Positions 22,793-33,472 of a stretch of DNA of 64,000 nt are shown in pieces. This DNA is from Candidatus Poribacteria bacterium. GTDB lineage: Bacteria > Poribacteria > WGA-4E > JAJDTR01. Position 1 is the first letter of the stretch; each line of letters begins with the position of its first letter. Under the pieces are notes generated by a model. That model saw only the letters and a program-made list of their open reading frames with translations, was not told where the DNA came from and ran no database searches. Where the stretch lies: contig CBDCTK010000002.1 of assembly GCA_965222225.1 (NCBI GenBank), positions 416,001 through 480,000 on the forward strand, read 5' to 3'. The translations under genes and the position numbers were made by a program.

Positions 22793-23099
22793 AAAACTCC
22801 TCAGTTTTTCTGCAGCGGATGCGTTTGCCTGTGACGAGATTCGCTAGTCAGGGCATGCGACGGATACCGTAACAATAGAATCTTGTGTAGGATTCCGCGA
22901 AGTATCCTGATGCTATGTCAATCACCGAATCTTAACAGAATGACTTAATTCCGATCAAAGCGAAAGTGCACTTCAGGGAGGCAATCGTGATTATGGTGTT
23001 TAGGGGCGTCCTGTATGGGGGATCTGCGACCTTACGAACTTTCAAGTCCTAAAATAGACTTGCGCAGGACGAGTCTTTTTCTTCATTAAGTTTCACGTT

Positions 23100-23963
23100 T
23101 CACTGCGATCTGATTAGAAGGTCCGCAACAGAAAGGACCGAAAGTACCAAACTCACCATTCCGTTCAGCGTGAAGAAAGCGAGATTGACACGCGAGAGAT
23201 TGTTTGACCTGACAATTGCGTGTTCATAAATCAAAATCAACGTTACAACACCGACGCCGATGAGGTAAAGCGCACCCAGGTTCGGTAGCACGGCAAGTCC
23301 AACGAGTATTGAGACCGTTATCAAATGAAGTGCGGAAGAGAGCCATAACGCCCACCGAATTCCGAAGCGCGCCGGGACTGAGTGCAACCGGTTTTTGCGA
23401 TCGAACTCAAAATCTTGGCAGGCGTAAATGATGTCAAATCCTGCTGTCCAGAGAAGAACGGATAAACCGAGCAACATCGGTATCCAATCGAAACTACCTT
23501 TGATAGCGATCCAAGCGCCAACCGGGGCAATTGAAAGGGACAAACCGAGCCAGAAATGCGATAGTAAAGTAAAACGTTTTGTATACGAATATCCCAAGGT
23601 GATTCCCAAAGCAAGGGGAGAGAGCGCAAAGGCAAGCGGGTCAAGTTGGTACGCTGAAGCGACGAGCAGTGTAGCAGAGACCACTGTAAAAATCCATACC
23701 GAGCCCGTGGATATCAATCCGGCGGGGATAGCTCGCATTGTCGTTCGCGGATTTTCGCCATCAATCTTCGCGTCAACTAACCGATTAAACGCCATTGCGC
23801 AACTTCGCGCACCGACCATTGCCGCGAGAATCCAACCACATTTACCCAAAGGGGGTAGCCCATCCGAAGCAAGGAATGCACTCATAATCGCAAATGGAAG
23901 CGCGAAAATAGTGTGCTCGAACTTAATCATGTCAAGGATGATTTTGAGCTTACGATAAATCAT
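23100..23963 (-). CDS. UbiA-like polyprenyltransferase (MqnP type)
   Basis: IKFEHTIFALPFA, ARSCAMAFNRLVD...NPRT, YSYTKRF, GFDIIYACQD. Confidence 0.9.
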   Translation of the reverse strand: MIYRKLKIILDMIKFEHTIFALPFAIMSAFLASDGLPPLGKCGWILAAMVGARSCAMAFNRLVDAKIDGENPRTTMRAIPAGLISTGSVWIFTVVSATLLVASAYQLDPLAFALSPLALGITLGYSYTKRFTLLSHFWLGLSLSIAPVGAWIAIKGSFDWIPMLLGLSVLLWTAGFDIIYACQDFEFDRKNRLHSVPARFGIRWALWLSSALHLITVSILVGLAVLPNLGALYLIGVGVVTLILIYEHAIVRSNNLSRVNLAFFTLNGMVSLVLSVLSVADLLIRSQ

Positions 23964-23995
23964 GGTTTCTCACACTCGATAATTCGATTAGCGAA

Positions 23996-24610
23996 CTACG
24001 CTGTTTCTTTCCAGCGTCGAGTAAGCCCCGGGTCAAGCCCGAACTGATCGAGCAACTTCGTGATAACAAAGTTAATTTGATCATCCACAGTTTCCGGGAA
24101 GTGATAGAAGCCGGGCATGGCAGGAAGAATGCAGATACCCAGCTGAGAGAGTTTGAGCATGTTCTCTAGATGGATAGAACTCAGGGGAGTTTCGCGGGGA
24201 AGAAGAACCAACTTGCGTCGTTCCTTGATACAGACATCAGCCGCACGATGAATGAGGTTCCGTGATATGCCCGCGGCAATTGAGCCAACTGTTCCCATGC
24301 TACAGGGCGCGATTATCATGCCATCAGTTCGGAATGAGCCGCTCGCAATTGGAGCGGCGATGTCCGATTGGTGGTGATAAACTATCTTATCCGAGGGACG
24401 CCCTAGTAAGGACTCGATTTGGAAATTGTCGAGGTCAACACGAATTTCAAGCTCTTCCCAGAGGGCTCTCATGCCCGAGTCGGAAATTGTAAGATGAATC
24501 TCATAGGCATTTAGTTGATTGAGGACATCAAGTAAGCGTACACCATAAATGACGCCACTCGCACCTGTAATTCCAACCACTAGGCGTTTCAACGGACACT
24601 CCTTGAGCAA
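23996..24610 (-). CDS. ubiX: Flavin prenyltransferase
   Basis: VGITGASG, IASGSF, APCSM, RAADVCIKERR, RETPL, PGFY. Confidence 0.95.
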   Translation of the reverse strand: MLKECPLKRLVVGITGASGVIYGVRLLDVLNQLNAYEIHLTISDSGMRALWEELEIRVDLDNFQIESLLGRPSDKIVYHHQSDIAAPIASGSFRTDGMIIAPCSMGTVGSIAAGISRNLIHRAADVCIKERRKLVLLPRETPLSSIHLENMLKLSQLGICILPAMPGFYHFPETVDDQINFVITKLLDQFGLDPGLTRRWKETA

Positions 24611-24755
24611 GGTTGAAGATATAGAACAGATTATCTTCCGGCTCTACGCGCTTTGGATTGTGGACATTGCAATTGGATGTCCCGTCGCTCGTTCTTTCAG
24701 GCGGGTTCTGCAGTTTACTGTCATCCAGCCAGCTCTAGGGGTAGGCCTCTCAGTT

Positions 24756-26009
24756 TTAGAATGGAGCAAGGTTGCCTGAAGCATCAAATTCAAACGATTT
24801 CACCTCACCGACAATCTCAAGGTCACTGCGCAGTTTCGCATCCTCAATGAAGGCTTCGGAAATATCCAGAGTTGCTAACGTGAGTGTGCTTTCCACTCGC
24901 GCGACTTTCGCTTCTTCAGGAGGCGTCAGTCCAATGGTGTTTAACGCGACCTCAATTGCTTCTTTATCTGTGTCGTAGTAGAACGGAATTTTGGACTTTT
25001 GGGGCCCCAAACCTGTGATGCCGTTCATGTAGGTCGCGTGACGGTCGACCTTTTCAACGAGTCGATTTGTCGTGAAGTCTGCTAGACCAACGCCCGTAGC
25101 GTTGCCGCTGCTCTCTTCCGTTAGGTCTCGAACGAAGATTCGCAGAATTGCGGGCTTTTCAGGTTCAGGCTCGAAATTCTGCATCATTCGACCGATGATA
25201 TTCGTGTCCATGCCGGTACCGCTTATATTCTTCCCCATCCAATCTATCATCAAGAGATCGAGCGTGTCGAACGGAAGCCGCCCCATCAGAGATTTCGCTT
25301 CTACCAGCAACTCCCGCTCCCGCCTGATAAGTTCATTGGGACGCATCGCGGCAACCTTCGCTGTATGCTCATGTGCATTTTCGACCAAACCCAAGCCAAA
25401 AACGACTCTTCCCGTGTCCATCATCAAACTACTGACGGTTATGATGACATGTTCAAACCCGTACTGAAAAAAGGCACGATGATACATATTGGCGCCGCTC
25501 TGCTTACCCAGCCCAATTGCCATCATCTTCATCAAACCACTCTCGATGGATCCCTTGAAATCTGTATGGGCTTTGATGCGATTCAACGGAACAATGCCAT
25601 CCGCTTCAGCAGCGTTTCGATCAAGAAAGACAGGCAAACCATCGGCTGTTTTTCCGATTTCCACCGTGTCCATTGTGGCTTCGATAGGCGCGCCGACGGT
25701 CTGTTCGGTGATGCCGTAATGCGCCAGAACGTCACGCTGCCCCTCCGCCGTTGCACCACCATGGCTACCCATTGCTGGCACGACGAAAGGCTTCGCTCCG
25801 AGTTCTTTGAGGTAATCAACTGTCGCTTTAATTACGATGTCAATATTTGCAACGCCGCGACTCCCACCCGTAATAGCGATTCTATCGCCTCTCTTTACCA
25901 GTGATGATGCTTCAATCTCATCCAATTCCCCCCGGACTGCCGCTGGAATATCCTCAACTACCGGCGCCTCAATGTGCTGCTTTATACGTACCATATTTGG
26001 TAATGCCAT
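24756..26009 (-). CDS. Lactate racemase-like domain (DUF2088/DUF362) protein
   Basis: GSRGVANI, PAMGSHGGAT, NRIKAHTDF, GKNISGTGMDTN. Confidence 0.8.
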   Translation of the reverse strand: MALPNMVRIKQHIEAPVVEDIPAAVRGELDEIEASSLVKRGDRIAITGGSRGVANIDIVIKATVDYLKELGAKPFVVPAMGSHGGATAEGQRDVLAHYGITEQTVGAPIEATMDTVEIGKTADGLPVFLDRNAAEADGIVPLNRIKAHTDFKGSIESGLMKMMAIGLGKQSGANMYHRAFFQYGFEHVIITVSSLMMDTGRVVFGLGLVENAHEHTAKVAAMRPNELIRRERELLVEAKSLMGRLPFDTLDLLMIDWMGKNISGTGMDTNIIGRMMQNFEPEPEKPAILRIFVRDLTEESSGNATGVGLADFTTNRLVEKVDRHATYMNGITGLGPQKSKIPFYYDTDKEAIEVALNTIGLTPPEEAKVARVESTLTLATLDISEAFIEDAKLRSDLEIVGEVKSFEFDASGNLAPF

Positions 26010-26273
26010 AACATCCGTCCTCCTTCAATGAATGAGCGCAAACTATCATGCAACTCCTATCGTTACATGTTACCAAAAACTGGAATTGGATTGCAAGTCA
26101 AATGCAGGCGTGAGCCGAGGAAGATTGAGTTTACTGCCTGGCGCTGGAGAATTCCTGTTGTACCTCTCCACGACCTATGCTAAACTTCATCGTTGACAAG
26201 GGTGTCTCTGATTGGGACTGACTTGGTAAGATTTAGTCCATCACTTGGAGTCAACAGTGGGAGAATAGGAAAG

Positions 26274-27575
26274 ATGGCCGTGGAACTTGCCGAATGGGTA
26301 CGTGATTCTCGTCAACGAACCTTAGACCTCATTGCAGATCTCAACGATGAACAGCTGATGGGACCCTATCTTCCAATCATCAACCCGATGCTCTGGGAGA
26401 TTGGACATGTAGCGTGGTTCCAAGAGAAGTGGGTGCTGCGGTATGTGTGTAAACGGAAACCGATCCGTGAGGACGCGGACGCAATTTGGGATTCGATTGC
26501 TATTTCTCATACTATCCGCTGGGATCTCCCGCTACCTTCCCGTGCCGAGACAATCGCGTACCTGAGTGAAGTTCGTGACCTTGTCATCGAAGCACTCCAG
26601 AGCGATGCACAGTTTAAACAGTTGCTCTATTTTGTGCGCTACACGACTTTCCACGAAGATATGCATAACGAGGCATTTACTTATACACGGCAAACGTTGG
26701 CGTATCCGCCTCCAAGGTTTTCGGTTGCTGCCGCTGATTTTCGAACGCCCATCTCTCAGACTCCTCTGATGCCAGGTGATGCCGAAGTCCCAGGCGGCAC
26801 ATTTCTCTTGGGGGCAGCCCAAGATGAACCGTTCGTTTTCGACAACGAAAAATGGGCACATCCCGTGAATATTGAACCATTTGCAATCGGTCGGGCTCCC
26901 GTGTCTCAAGCGGAATATGTTGCGTTTGTCGAAGATGACGGTTATTGCCGCAGTCAATTCTGGACCACCGATGGCTGGAAATGGCGAGAATCGGTGAACG
27001 CTGAGCATCCTGTGTATTGGCAGAAAACAAGTAGTGGGCAGTGGACACGACGGCACTTCGATCAGTGGTTTGCGCTTGAACCGAACCTGCCCATCATTCA
27101 TGTCAATTGGTATGAAGCTATGGCGTATTGTCAATGGGCAGGACGCCGTCTACCGACAGAGGCCGAGTGGGAATTCGCAGCCGTAATAGAACCGGAGTCG
27201 GGTGAAAACGCGATGCCCTTGGGGAAACGCCGTTTTCCTTGGGGGGATGCGAACCCATCATTAGAGCGTGTCAATATGGACTGGAAAAAGATAGGCTGCA
27301 TTGATGTCAGCGCGCTGCCTGAGAGCGACAGCGCGTTCGGATGCCGTCAGATGATTGGCAACGTCTGGGAATGGACAATCAGCGGTTTTCAACCCTATCC
27401 GGGGTTCGTAAGGGACGCATACAAAGAGTATTCCGAACCTTGGTTCGGGACACACAAAGTCCTGCGCGGCGGATGCTGGACAACGCGTTCACGAATGCTG
27501 AGGAATACATGGCGGAATTTCTATACTCCGGACCGACGAGATGTGTTCGCGGGATTTCGCACTTGTGCATTGTAG
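26274..27575 (+). CDS. senA: Selenoneine synthase (EgtB-like DinB plus FGE-sulfatase domains)
   Basis: WEIGHVAWFQE, HEDMHNEAF, FDNEKWAH, RLPTEAEWE, GNVWEW; adjacent SenB-type glycosyltransferase. Confidence 0.85.
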   Translation: MAVELAEWVRDSRQRTLDLIADLNDEQLMGPYLPIINPMLWEIGHVAWFQEKWVLRYVCKRKPIREDADAIWDSIAISHTIRWDLPLPSRAETIAYLSEVRDLVIEALQSDAQFKQLLYFVRYTTFHEDMHNEAFTYTRQTLAYPPPRFSVAAADFRTPISQTPLMPGDAEVPGGTFLLGAAQDEPFVFDNEKWAHPVNIEPFAIGRAPVSQAEYVAFVEDDGYCRSQFWTTDGWKWRESVNAEHPVYWQKTSSGQWTRRHFDQWFALEPNLPIIHVNWYEAMAYCQWAGRRLPTEAEWEFAAVIEPESGENAMPLGKRRFPWGDANPSLERVNMDWKKIGCIDVSALPESDSAFGCRQMIGNVWEWTISGFQPYPGFVRDAYKEYSEPWFGTHKVLRGGCWTTRSRMLRNTWRNFYTPDRRDVFAGFRTCAL

Positions 27576-27698
27576 CGATTCATTATGCCACTACTCGCAT
27601 TACTTGGGAATGCGAACCTAGGGTGTAGAATCAATCAGTGCGTAAGCAAAAAGCAGAAATGACAAATTTCTGCGACAATCTTATGTTGCAGAGGTCTT

Positions 27699-27894
27699 GT
27701 AGGGAATAACGATTGTTATTCCCTACGTAGACATTACCCGCCAACTCCTTGTCTCTTTCTATGAATCAGGCAAGTACGTAACGAAGATCCGCGTAGAGAT
27801 CTCTATCGTAGTCACTATGGGATTCCTATCGCCCTCCCTATTCAGTCGGTTGTTCGTTCTCTTAATCCCTACAATCTGAATTGCGTAAGTCCTG
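27699..27894. repeat. REP/micro-element cluster ending in an IS701-like terminus
   Basis: Perfect hairpin GTAGGGAATAAC-GATT-GTTATTCCCTAC (27699-27726); nested ~35-bp units (27796-27866); TTGCGTAAGTCCTG end. Confidence 0.7.
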
Positions 27895-27926
27895 ATAAGT
27901 AATAACAAAGCCAAACCTAAACAGTT

Positions 27927-28877
27927 ATGAAAATATGCCTGATAACTCCAGCTCCGGCGTATTCACGCACTGGAAATCGAGTGGCGGCGCTTCGATGGGC
28001 TAAACTATTGCGACAACTCAATCATCAGGTGGTTCTCGCTCAAGAGTACAAGTCGCAGTCGTGCGATCTGATGATCGCACTCCATGCTCGTCGGAGTCAC
28101 GTCTCCATGGTGCGATTCCGAGAGAGGCATCCGAATTTGCCGCTGATTCTCGCATTGGTAGGGACTGATCTCTATGGAGATATTCACACGGACTCATCAG
28201 CACAGGAATCCTTGGAATTGGCAGACCGCTTCGTCGTGCTTCAACCGATGGGAATCAATGAGTTACCCGAACGCATGGCTGGCAAAGCGCGAGTCATTTA
28301 CCAATCGGTGGCACCGCCACCAGGGAAATTCACTCCAAGGAAAGATGTGTTTGAAGTGAGTGTAATAGGGCACATGCGTCCCGTAAAGGACCCGTTTCGG
28401 ACAGCAATGGCTGCTCGGCTGCTGCCTTCCTCGTCACGTATTCGGGTCTTGCACGCAGGGGCGGATCTTAGCGGCGACATGGAGGAAACGGCCCGTAGGG
28501 AGTCATCGCTTAATCCACGCTATCGCTGGTTGGGCAACCTTCCACATTGGAAGTCAATGCGTCTACTTGCTCGCAGCAGGCTTCTCTCGCTAACGTCAGA
28601 GTCGGAGGGTGGAGCGAATGTAGTTTCCGAGGCTCTAGCCTGCTCGGTGCCGGTTATTTCGTCTCGCATCTCGGGTTCCATCGGACTTCTAGGCGAGGAT
28701 TATCCCGGTTACTTCACGGTTGGTGATACCCGGCAGTTGGCAGCTCTGCTTCAGCAATCCGAGACCGATGCCGGTTTTTACAACAGGTTGAAGTCGTGGG
28801 GTGAGAGACTGAAAGCACTTTTTGAACCCGCGGATGAACGCCGGCGTTGGGATAAGTTGCTAAGGGAGTTTCATTAA
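27927..28877 (+). CDS. senB: Selenosugar synthase, GT-B glycosyltransferase
   Basis: GNRVAALRW, ALHARRS, GTDLY, GHMRPVKDP, EGGANV, GLLGEDYPGYF. Confidence 0.88.
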   Translation: MKICLITPAPAYSRTGNRVAALRWAKLLRQLNHQVVLAQEYKSQSCDLMIALHARRSHVSMVRFRERHPNLPLILALVGTDLYGDIHTDSSAQESLELADRFVVLQPMGINELPERMAGKARVIYQSVAPPPGKFTPRKDVFEVSVIGHMRPVKDPFRTAMAARLLPSSSRIRVLHAGADLSGDMEETARRESSLNPRYRWLGNLPHWKSMRLLARSRLLSLTSESEGGANVVSEALACSVPVISSRISGSIGLLGEDYPGYFTVGDTRQLAALLQQSETDAGFYNRLKSWGERLKALFEPADERRRWDKLLREFH

Positions 28878-29014
28878 CATTTCTCGCAGGGACTTCGTCT
28901 ATTGAGGTATTCCGCAAACTCTGATAGTTCTGTAAATCACAGTGCCTGAAAGACGTCGCAGCGTTGGGGCATTTTACTGGCTTCATCGCATTCGTAGCGA
29001 AAGGAATGACGACT

Positions 29015-29365
29015 ATGCTTGAATGTATAACACCGATACTAAGTGTCAAGAACCTAGCCGCCACCATTGATCATTATGTGAATAAGCTCGGTTTCAAAAA
29101 AGATTGGGACTGGGGCGACCCACCAGATTTCGGGTCCGTCTCACGCGACGGTTGGGCCATCATGATGTGCCAAGGGGGACAAGGCAAATCGGGAACATAC
29201 ATTTGGATCGGTGTCCAAAATGTTGATGACTGTTATGAAGAGTTCAAGGTGAGCGGTGCCACCATCCGGAAACCGCCAACAAACTATCCTTGGGCGTGCG
29301 AAATGTTAGTGGAGGACCTTGACGGTCACATTCTGCGGATTGGATCTGGGCCAAAAGAAGATTGA
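29015..29365 (+). CDS. VOC/glyoxalase-bleomycin resistance family protein
   Basis: PILSV...LGFKKDW...PTNYPW...EDLDGHILRIG; RBS AAGGA. Confidence 0.85.
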   Translation: MLECITPILSVKNLAATIDHYVNKLGFKKDWDWGDPPDFGSVSRDGWAIMMCQGGQGKSGTYIWIGVQNVDDCYEEFKVSGATIRKPPTNYPWACEMLVEDLDGHILRIGSGPKED

Positions 29366-29490
29366 TTTAATCCAAGCACTGATTGATTTACTCCAATCAG
29401 ATCGGGCGGGTGAATCCTCGGGAATTGTAAAGTTCGTTCACCATCTCGTCAGCAAATACAGTATATTTCCAAAGGGAGAGGAATCGACTT

Positions 29491-30150
29491 ATGGCAATCA
29501 ATGAACTGGAATGGAGAAAAGTTGCAGATATCAGCGAGATTCCCAAAGGCGGTGCCAAAAGCGTAGAACTTGATGAAGGTCGTACCATTGCGCTATTCAA
29601 CGATGCGGGGAAAATCCACGCGACCGACAACCAGTATCCCCACATGGGTTATCCGTTAACGCGAGGGGTGATACGACACGGAATACTAACTTGCGATTGG
29701 CATGGTCGGAGTTTCGACTTTGAGGTAGGAGGATGCTTCAACGTCGAATGTGACGATTTGCAGACCTTCCCCGTTCAAGTACGAAACGGTGAAAATTTGG
29801 ATCAAAGTCGGTGATTTTACGTACAAACGCAAAGACGAACATCTCGAATCAATGAAATCGGTAGGCAGGCGCGTCAATACCTCAATGCCGGGTTATCTGG
29901 CGATCGGCTTCTGTCAGATCTTGGACAGTGCATTCTTAGAGATGATAATGGCTGGGACATCCTGAACACATTGCGCACCGTGTATGATGAGTGGAAGCGG
30001 TGCGAGGGCCACCCGGTCCGTAATCAGTTGCTTGTTGGCATTGCCCGTTGGACGACTGATGTCCGCAGGCAGGCGGACAGTGAATCCGCCGCGAAAACCG
30101 CGAAACGTTTAGCGCGCGGCCAAACAGCCGTGGACTTGTACGAGTCTTAG
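29491..30150 (+). pseudogene. Rieske (2Fe-2S) domain protein, disrupted
   Basis: CPH ligand replaced by YPH, frameshift near 29792, then an apparent internal deletion joining to a C-terminal segment (...TAKRLARGQTAVDLYES*). Confidence 0.7.
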
Positions 30151-30366
30151 GTTGACTAGTGTTGAAGTCTTGACTCTATTTTGATTGGTTGATGTCAGAT
30201 TCCAACGACTGCGGATGGCATTTCCATTAAAAACCTTGTTTGAATAATAGGAAGAATAGCCAATTTCAGTCATTTGGGTTTTTATAAACCTGTCGCGCCG
30301 CTGGCGCTTTCAAAGGCTGGGGGGGCCTATCACGTCGTTATCCATACAGACCAGCGTTCTCTATTG

Positions 30367-31293
30367 CTACGACGATTGAATTCTACGGGCCTCATCAATA
30401 TGACGCTTAATCATCTCTTCAATCGGCGGCAGTTGCATCTTGAGGTCTCGTTCAATCCGCTCGCTCGACCACAGATAGATATTCGGTTGATCCGGGGCAG
30501 TTTCATCAAAGGTTACCTGTGCATCCGGTAAGAGCGCCTCAATCTTGTCAACCAACTCTTGTGCGGTTACCGAATAGGCGAGCGAATTGTAGACTGCGTA
30601 TCTCAATGATTCCGCTAGACAGAGTTTAGCGAAAATTTCTGCAGTATCATCTACATAAATAATCAATAGTTCCTGGTCCCGTCGAGACGGAATTGTGGCA
30701 GGTTTACCAATTGCGAGATTGTCTATACATCGCCCCTGCCACGCCGATACACCTTTCGTTCTCCCGGGTCCACTGACATTGGCGATACGGAGCCCAGGAA
30801 TAATTATGTTATAGCGCTCCATATACTTACGCGCCATGAATTCATTCCACAATTTGTGCGCCATGTAGACAGTTTCGGGGTAACAGTCATCCTCCTCAGT
30901 CACCTGTCGATCGCCATAAGACGACTGAAGACCGTAGACAGCGATGCTGGAGGCATAAACCACGCGTTTTATTCCCATGAGTCTCGCAGCTTCAAATACA
31001 TTATTCATTCCCATTAAATTCACGCGCACCGCGAGCTGAAGTTTTTCCTCGGATTCGGGTGGGAGAATATAGGCTAAATTGACAATTCGTCTCACCTGAA
31101 ATTTCTGAACTGCGTCTATGAGGTCTTCAATGTGCGTAACGTCACCAACAAAAACTTCCACGTTATCCAAGTGAGCAACCTTGGCGTAATCAGGGCACAG
31201 GTCGAAGCAAATGACCTTATGTCCACGATTGACAAGTCGTTCCGTCAGACGAGATCCAATAAATCCGGTTCCTCCCAAAACAAGAATTGTCAT
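30367..31293 (-). CDS. NAD-dependent epimerase/dehydratase
   Basis: GGTGFIG, ASSIAVYG, YxxxK (YMAHK). Confidence 0.92.
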   Translation of the reverse strand: MTILVLGGTGFIGSRLTERLVNRGHKVICFDLCPDYAKVAHLDNVEVFVGDVTHIEDLIDAVQKFQVRRIVNLAYILPPESEEKLQLAVRVNLMGMNNVFEAARLMGIKRVVYASSIAVYGLQSSYGDRQVTEEDDCYPETVYMAHKLWNEFMARKYMERYNIIIPGLRIANVSGPGRTKGVSAWQGRCIDNLAIGKPATIPSRRDQELLIIYVDDTAEIFAKLCLAESLRYAVYNSLAYSVTAQELVDKIEALLPDAQVTFDETAPDQPNIYLWSSERIERDLKMQLPPIEEMIKRHIDEARRIQSS

Positions 31294-31565
31294 CGGTCTC
31301 TCTCTTCGATGCGCATATCCGGAAGCGCTTTCTTAGTCAGTTTGGCTGGTCCAAGGTAGCCGACATCTGCATCCGAGACTCCTACCTCATAAAGTTTTTC
31401 CGCGATCTTCAGCTTGTCGCTGGGATTCATGAACATGCCTAGAGTTTCATCTCCCTCTCGTGTCGTCGTATCGTTCACACGGAATCTCTGTGGAAGATTA
31501 GGGTACTCTGTACTTCCTCGGTATACATGTAGCGGTCTAAACACCACTTGTCGGGCATGTAGCAA
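31290..31565 (-). pseudogene. N-terminal fragment of a DRE-TIM metallolyase (LeuA/homocitrate synthase-like)
   Basis: DTTTREGDET...KLKIAEKLYEVGV...VG; only about 90 aa remain. Confidence 0.65.
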
Positions 31566-31659
31566 GGTCCAAACTCTGGCATACGAATTCCTTTCTTTGG
31601 ATATAACCGACGGGAGAAAACGACAACAATTCGCGTCTCACCATTTCACGGCTTACGAT

Positions 31660-32562
31660 TCAGTTTTCAAATAAATCCACGTCAGCCTGGCGCATAAACT
31701 CTCGAACTACCTCTGTTTGATCTGCCTTGCCAAGGCCGGCATCGCACAGTTGAGTGAACGCAGCATCAACCAGTGAAGTGAGTTCTGACGGGGTGCCCAT
31801 CTCCTTGGCGAGTTCAAGCCCCAAGTGTATGTCTTCTGCCGCCGAATCTATGCTGGAAGATATCGCTTCGCCTTTCAAGGCAAGCTGTACATGTGTGTCC
31901 AGAGCCTTGCTCTGTCCCATGCCGGTTGTAATGACCTCGTACAAGGCTTGTGGTCGGAGCCCTGCTTCGGCGCCCATAGCTAGACTTTCGCACGCCGCCA
32001 TGAGATTAATGAACAACATGGTATTATTAACTAACTTGGTGACGCTTCCTGCTCCCGCTGGTCCCATATAAACAACATTTTTTCCCATACACTGCAATAA
32101 GGGTTGAAAGTGCTCAAAATCTCTGCTTTTTCCGCCCACAAATATCGTGAGTGTCCCGTCCCGTGCGCCAAACACACCTCCGCTAACCGGCGCATCTAGT
32201 ACACGAAGCCCCTGTTCATCTCCGATTTCAGCAAGTCTGCGCACCATTGCCGGCGAATTGGTGCTCAGGTCGATATACCCTTCACCGCCACGCAATCCGG
32301 CGAAAACTCCGTCGTCGCCCAAAACCACAGTTTCAACTTCGCTTGGTCCAGGGAGTGATGTGCATACCACGTCAGAAAGAACCGCCACCGCTTTTGGGTT
32401 TTCCTCCCATTGCGCCCCGGCATTCTCAAGATTGTGACCTGCTTCACGACACACATCGTGGATCGCTAGGTCGTAACCGGCCTTAAGGAGGTTACATGCC
32501 ATCGGATTGCCCATATTTCCAAGGCCTATGAAACCGATTCTCACAATTGCCCCTTCCCGCAC
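31660..32562 (-). CDS. NAD(P)-dependent beta-hydroxyacid dehydrogenase
   Basis: FIGLGNMG, DAPVSGG, KLVNN. Confidence 0.92.
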   Translation of the reverse strand: MREGAIVRIGFIGLGNMGNPMACNLLKAGYDLAIHDVCREAGHNLENAGAQWEENPKAVAVLSDVVCTSLPGPSEVETVVLGDDGVFAGLRGGEGYIDLSTNSPAMVRRLAEIGDEQGLRVLDAPVSGGVFGARDGTLTIFVGGKSRDFEHFQPLLQCMGKNVVYMGPAGAGSVTKLVNNTMLFINLMAACESLAMGAEAGLRPQALYEVITTGMGQSKALDTHVQLALKGEAISSSIDSAAEDIHLGLELAKEMGTPSELTSLVDAAFTQLCDAGLGKADQTEVVREFMRQADVDLFEN

Positions 32563-32647
32563 ATATTTTCACTCACGAATATCCTACAGCCGTAATGTGA
32601 TGAATCGCGGCGATTTCGCCTGAGTTTTAAAATTCATTTATGCCACA

Positions 32648-33034
32648 CTAACGCGATATCTCATGGGTCGGGAAATCTGCTGGCATTGTGATTTCCAACA
32701 CTTCGAAGTCGTCGGAATACTCCAACACCTCATGCTTGACGTTGGGCGCTTGATACCAAACATCTCCGGCTTTAACATGAATCTCGCCGATGTCTTCCAG
32801 GTAGACCCGTGCCGATCCCTTGATTAGGTAATTCATCTGGAATTCCAGATCATGATAGTGATAGCCCATAGGGCCTTCACACGTTTCGTTTGCGCGAATG
32901 ATGTGTGCCATCACTTTGCCATTGGTAGCCTCCTTTATTTCGAGGCCACGGTATGACATATACGATCGCAGACCTTCTGTCCAAGTGGCGTCCGTTGCAT
33001 GTGCAGCAAATGATTTGCCTGTCGCTTCAGCCAT
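32648..33034 (-). CDS. Cupin domain protein
   Basis: HYH...Q...GD...H; RBS AAGGAGG before ATG 33034. Confidence 0.85.
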   Translation of the reverse strand: MAEATGKSFAAHATDATWTEGLRSYMSYRGLEIKEATNGKVMAHIIRANETCEGPMGYHYHDLEFQMNYLIKGSARVYLEDIGEIHVKAGDVWYQAPNVKHEVLEYSDDFEVLEITMPADFPTHEISR

Positions 33035-33343
33035 CGTGTCGTTCCTCCTTCTTCTCTGGGATAAAGGAAAAATACAAGGAATCGATTGGTAATGCCCTGT
33101 ACATTCCACCTCTTACGCCACAGTGAATCGCCATTACGAGGCACTAGAGTATTCAACTGCATAAGTCCTATAAACCTCAAGCGATTATAGCATAACATCC
33201 GAAAAAGACAACGAAAAACCTCCTTGGGGCGTTGTGTCATGATGTGCTAATCCCGACCTTTTGACTGTATTGACGGGCATCTATTGATCGAAGTCGATTA
33301 GCCGGGACAGCGTTTGTCTGCGCGAATCGTATATAGAATAATA

Positions 33344-33372
33344 TTGACAAAAATACCGCCTTAATATACTAT
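33344..33372 (+). promoter_or_regulatory. sigma-70 promoter
   Basis: TTGACA-17 bp-TACTAT about 100 bp upstream of 33473. Confidence 0.72.
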
Positions 33373-33472
33373 GCCCCCAACTCTAATCGTCGTTATTTGG
33401 ACGGATTGATTGGGTGAGAACTCATGCCAATTTATAATTCATTTTAACCGCAAACTAAGGGAGTAGATAGAG

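Noticed and set aside
26274-28877. Selenoprotein (in-frame TGA) linked to the sen genes
   Set aside because: Both ORFs are full length with no internal TGA.
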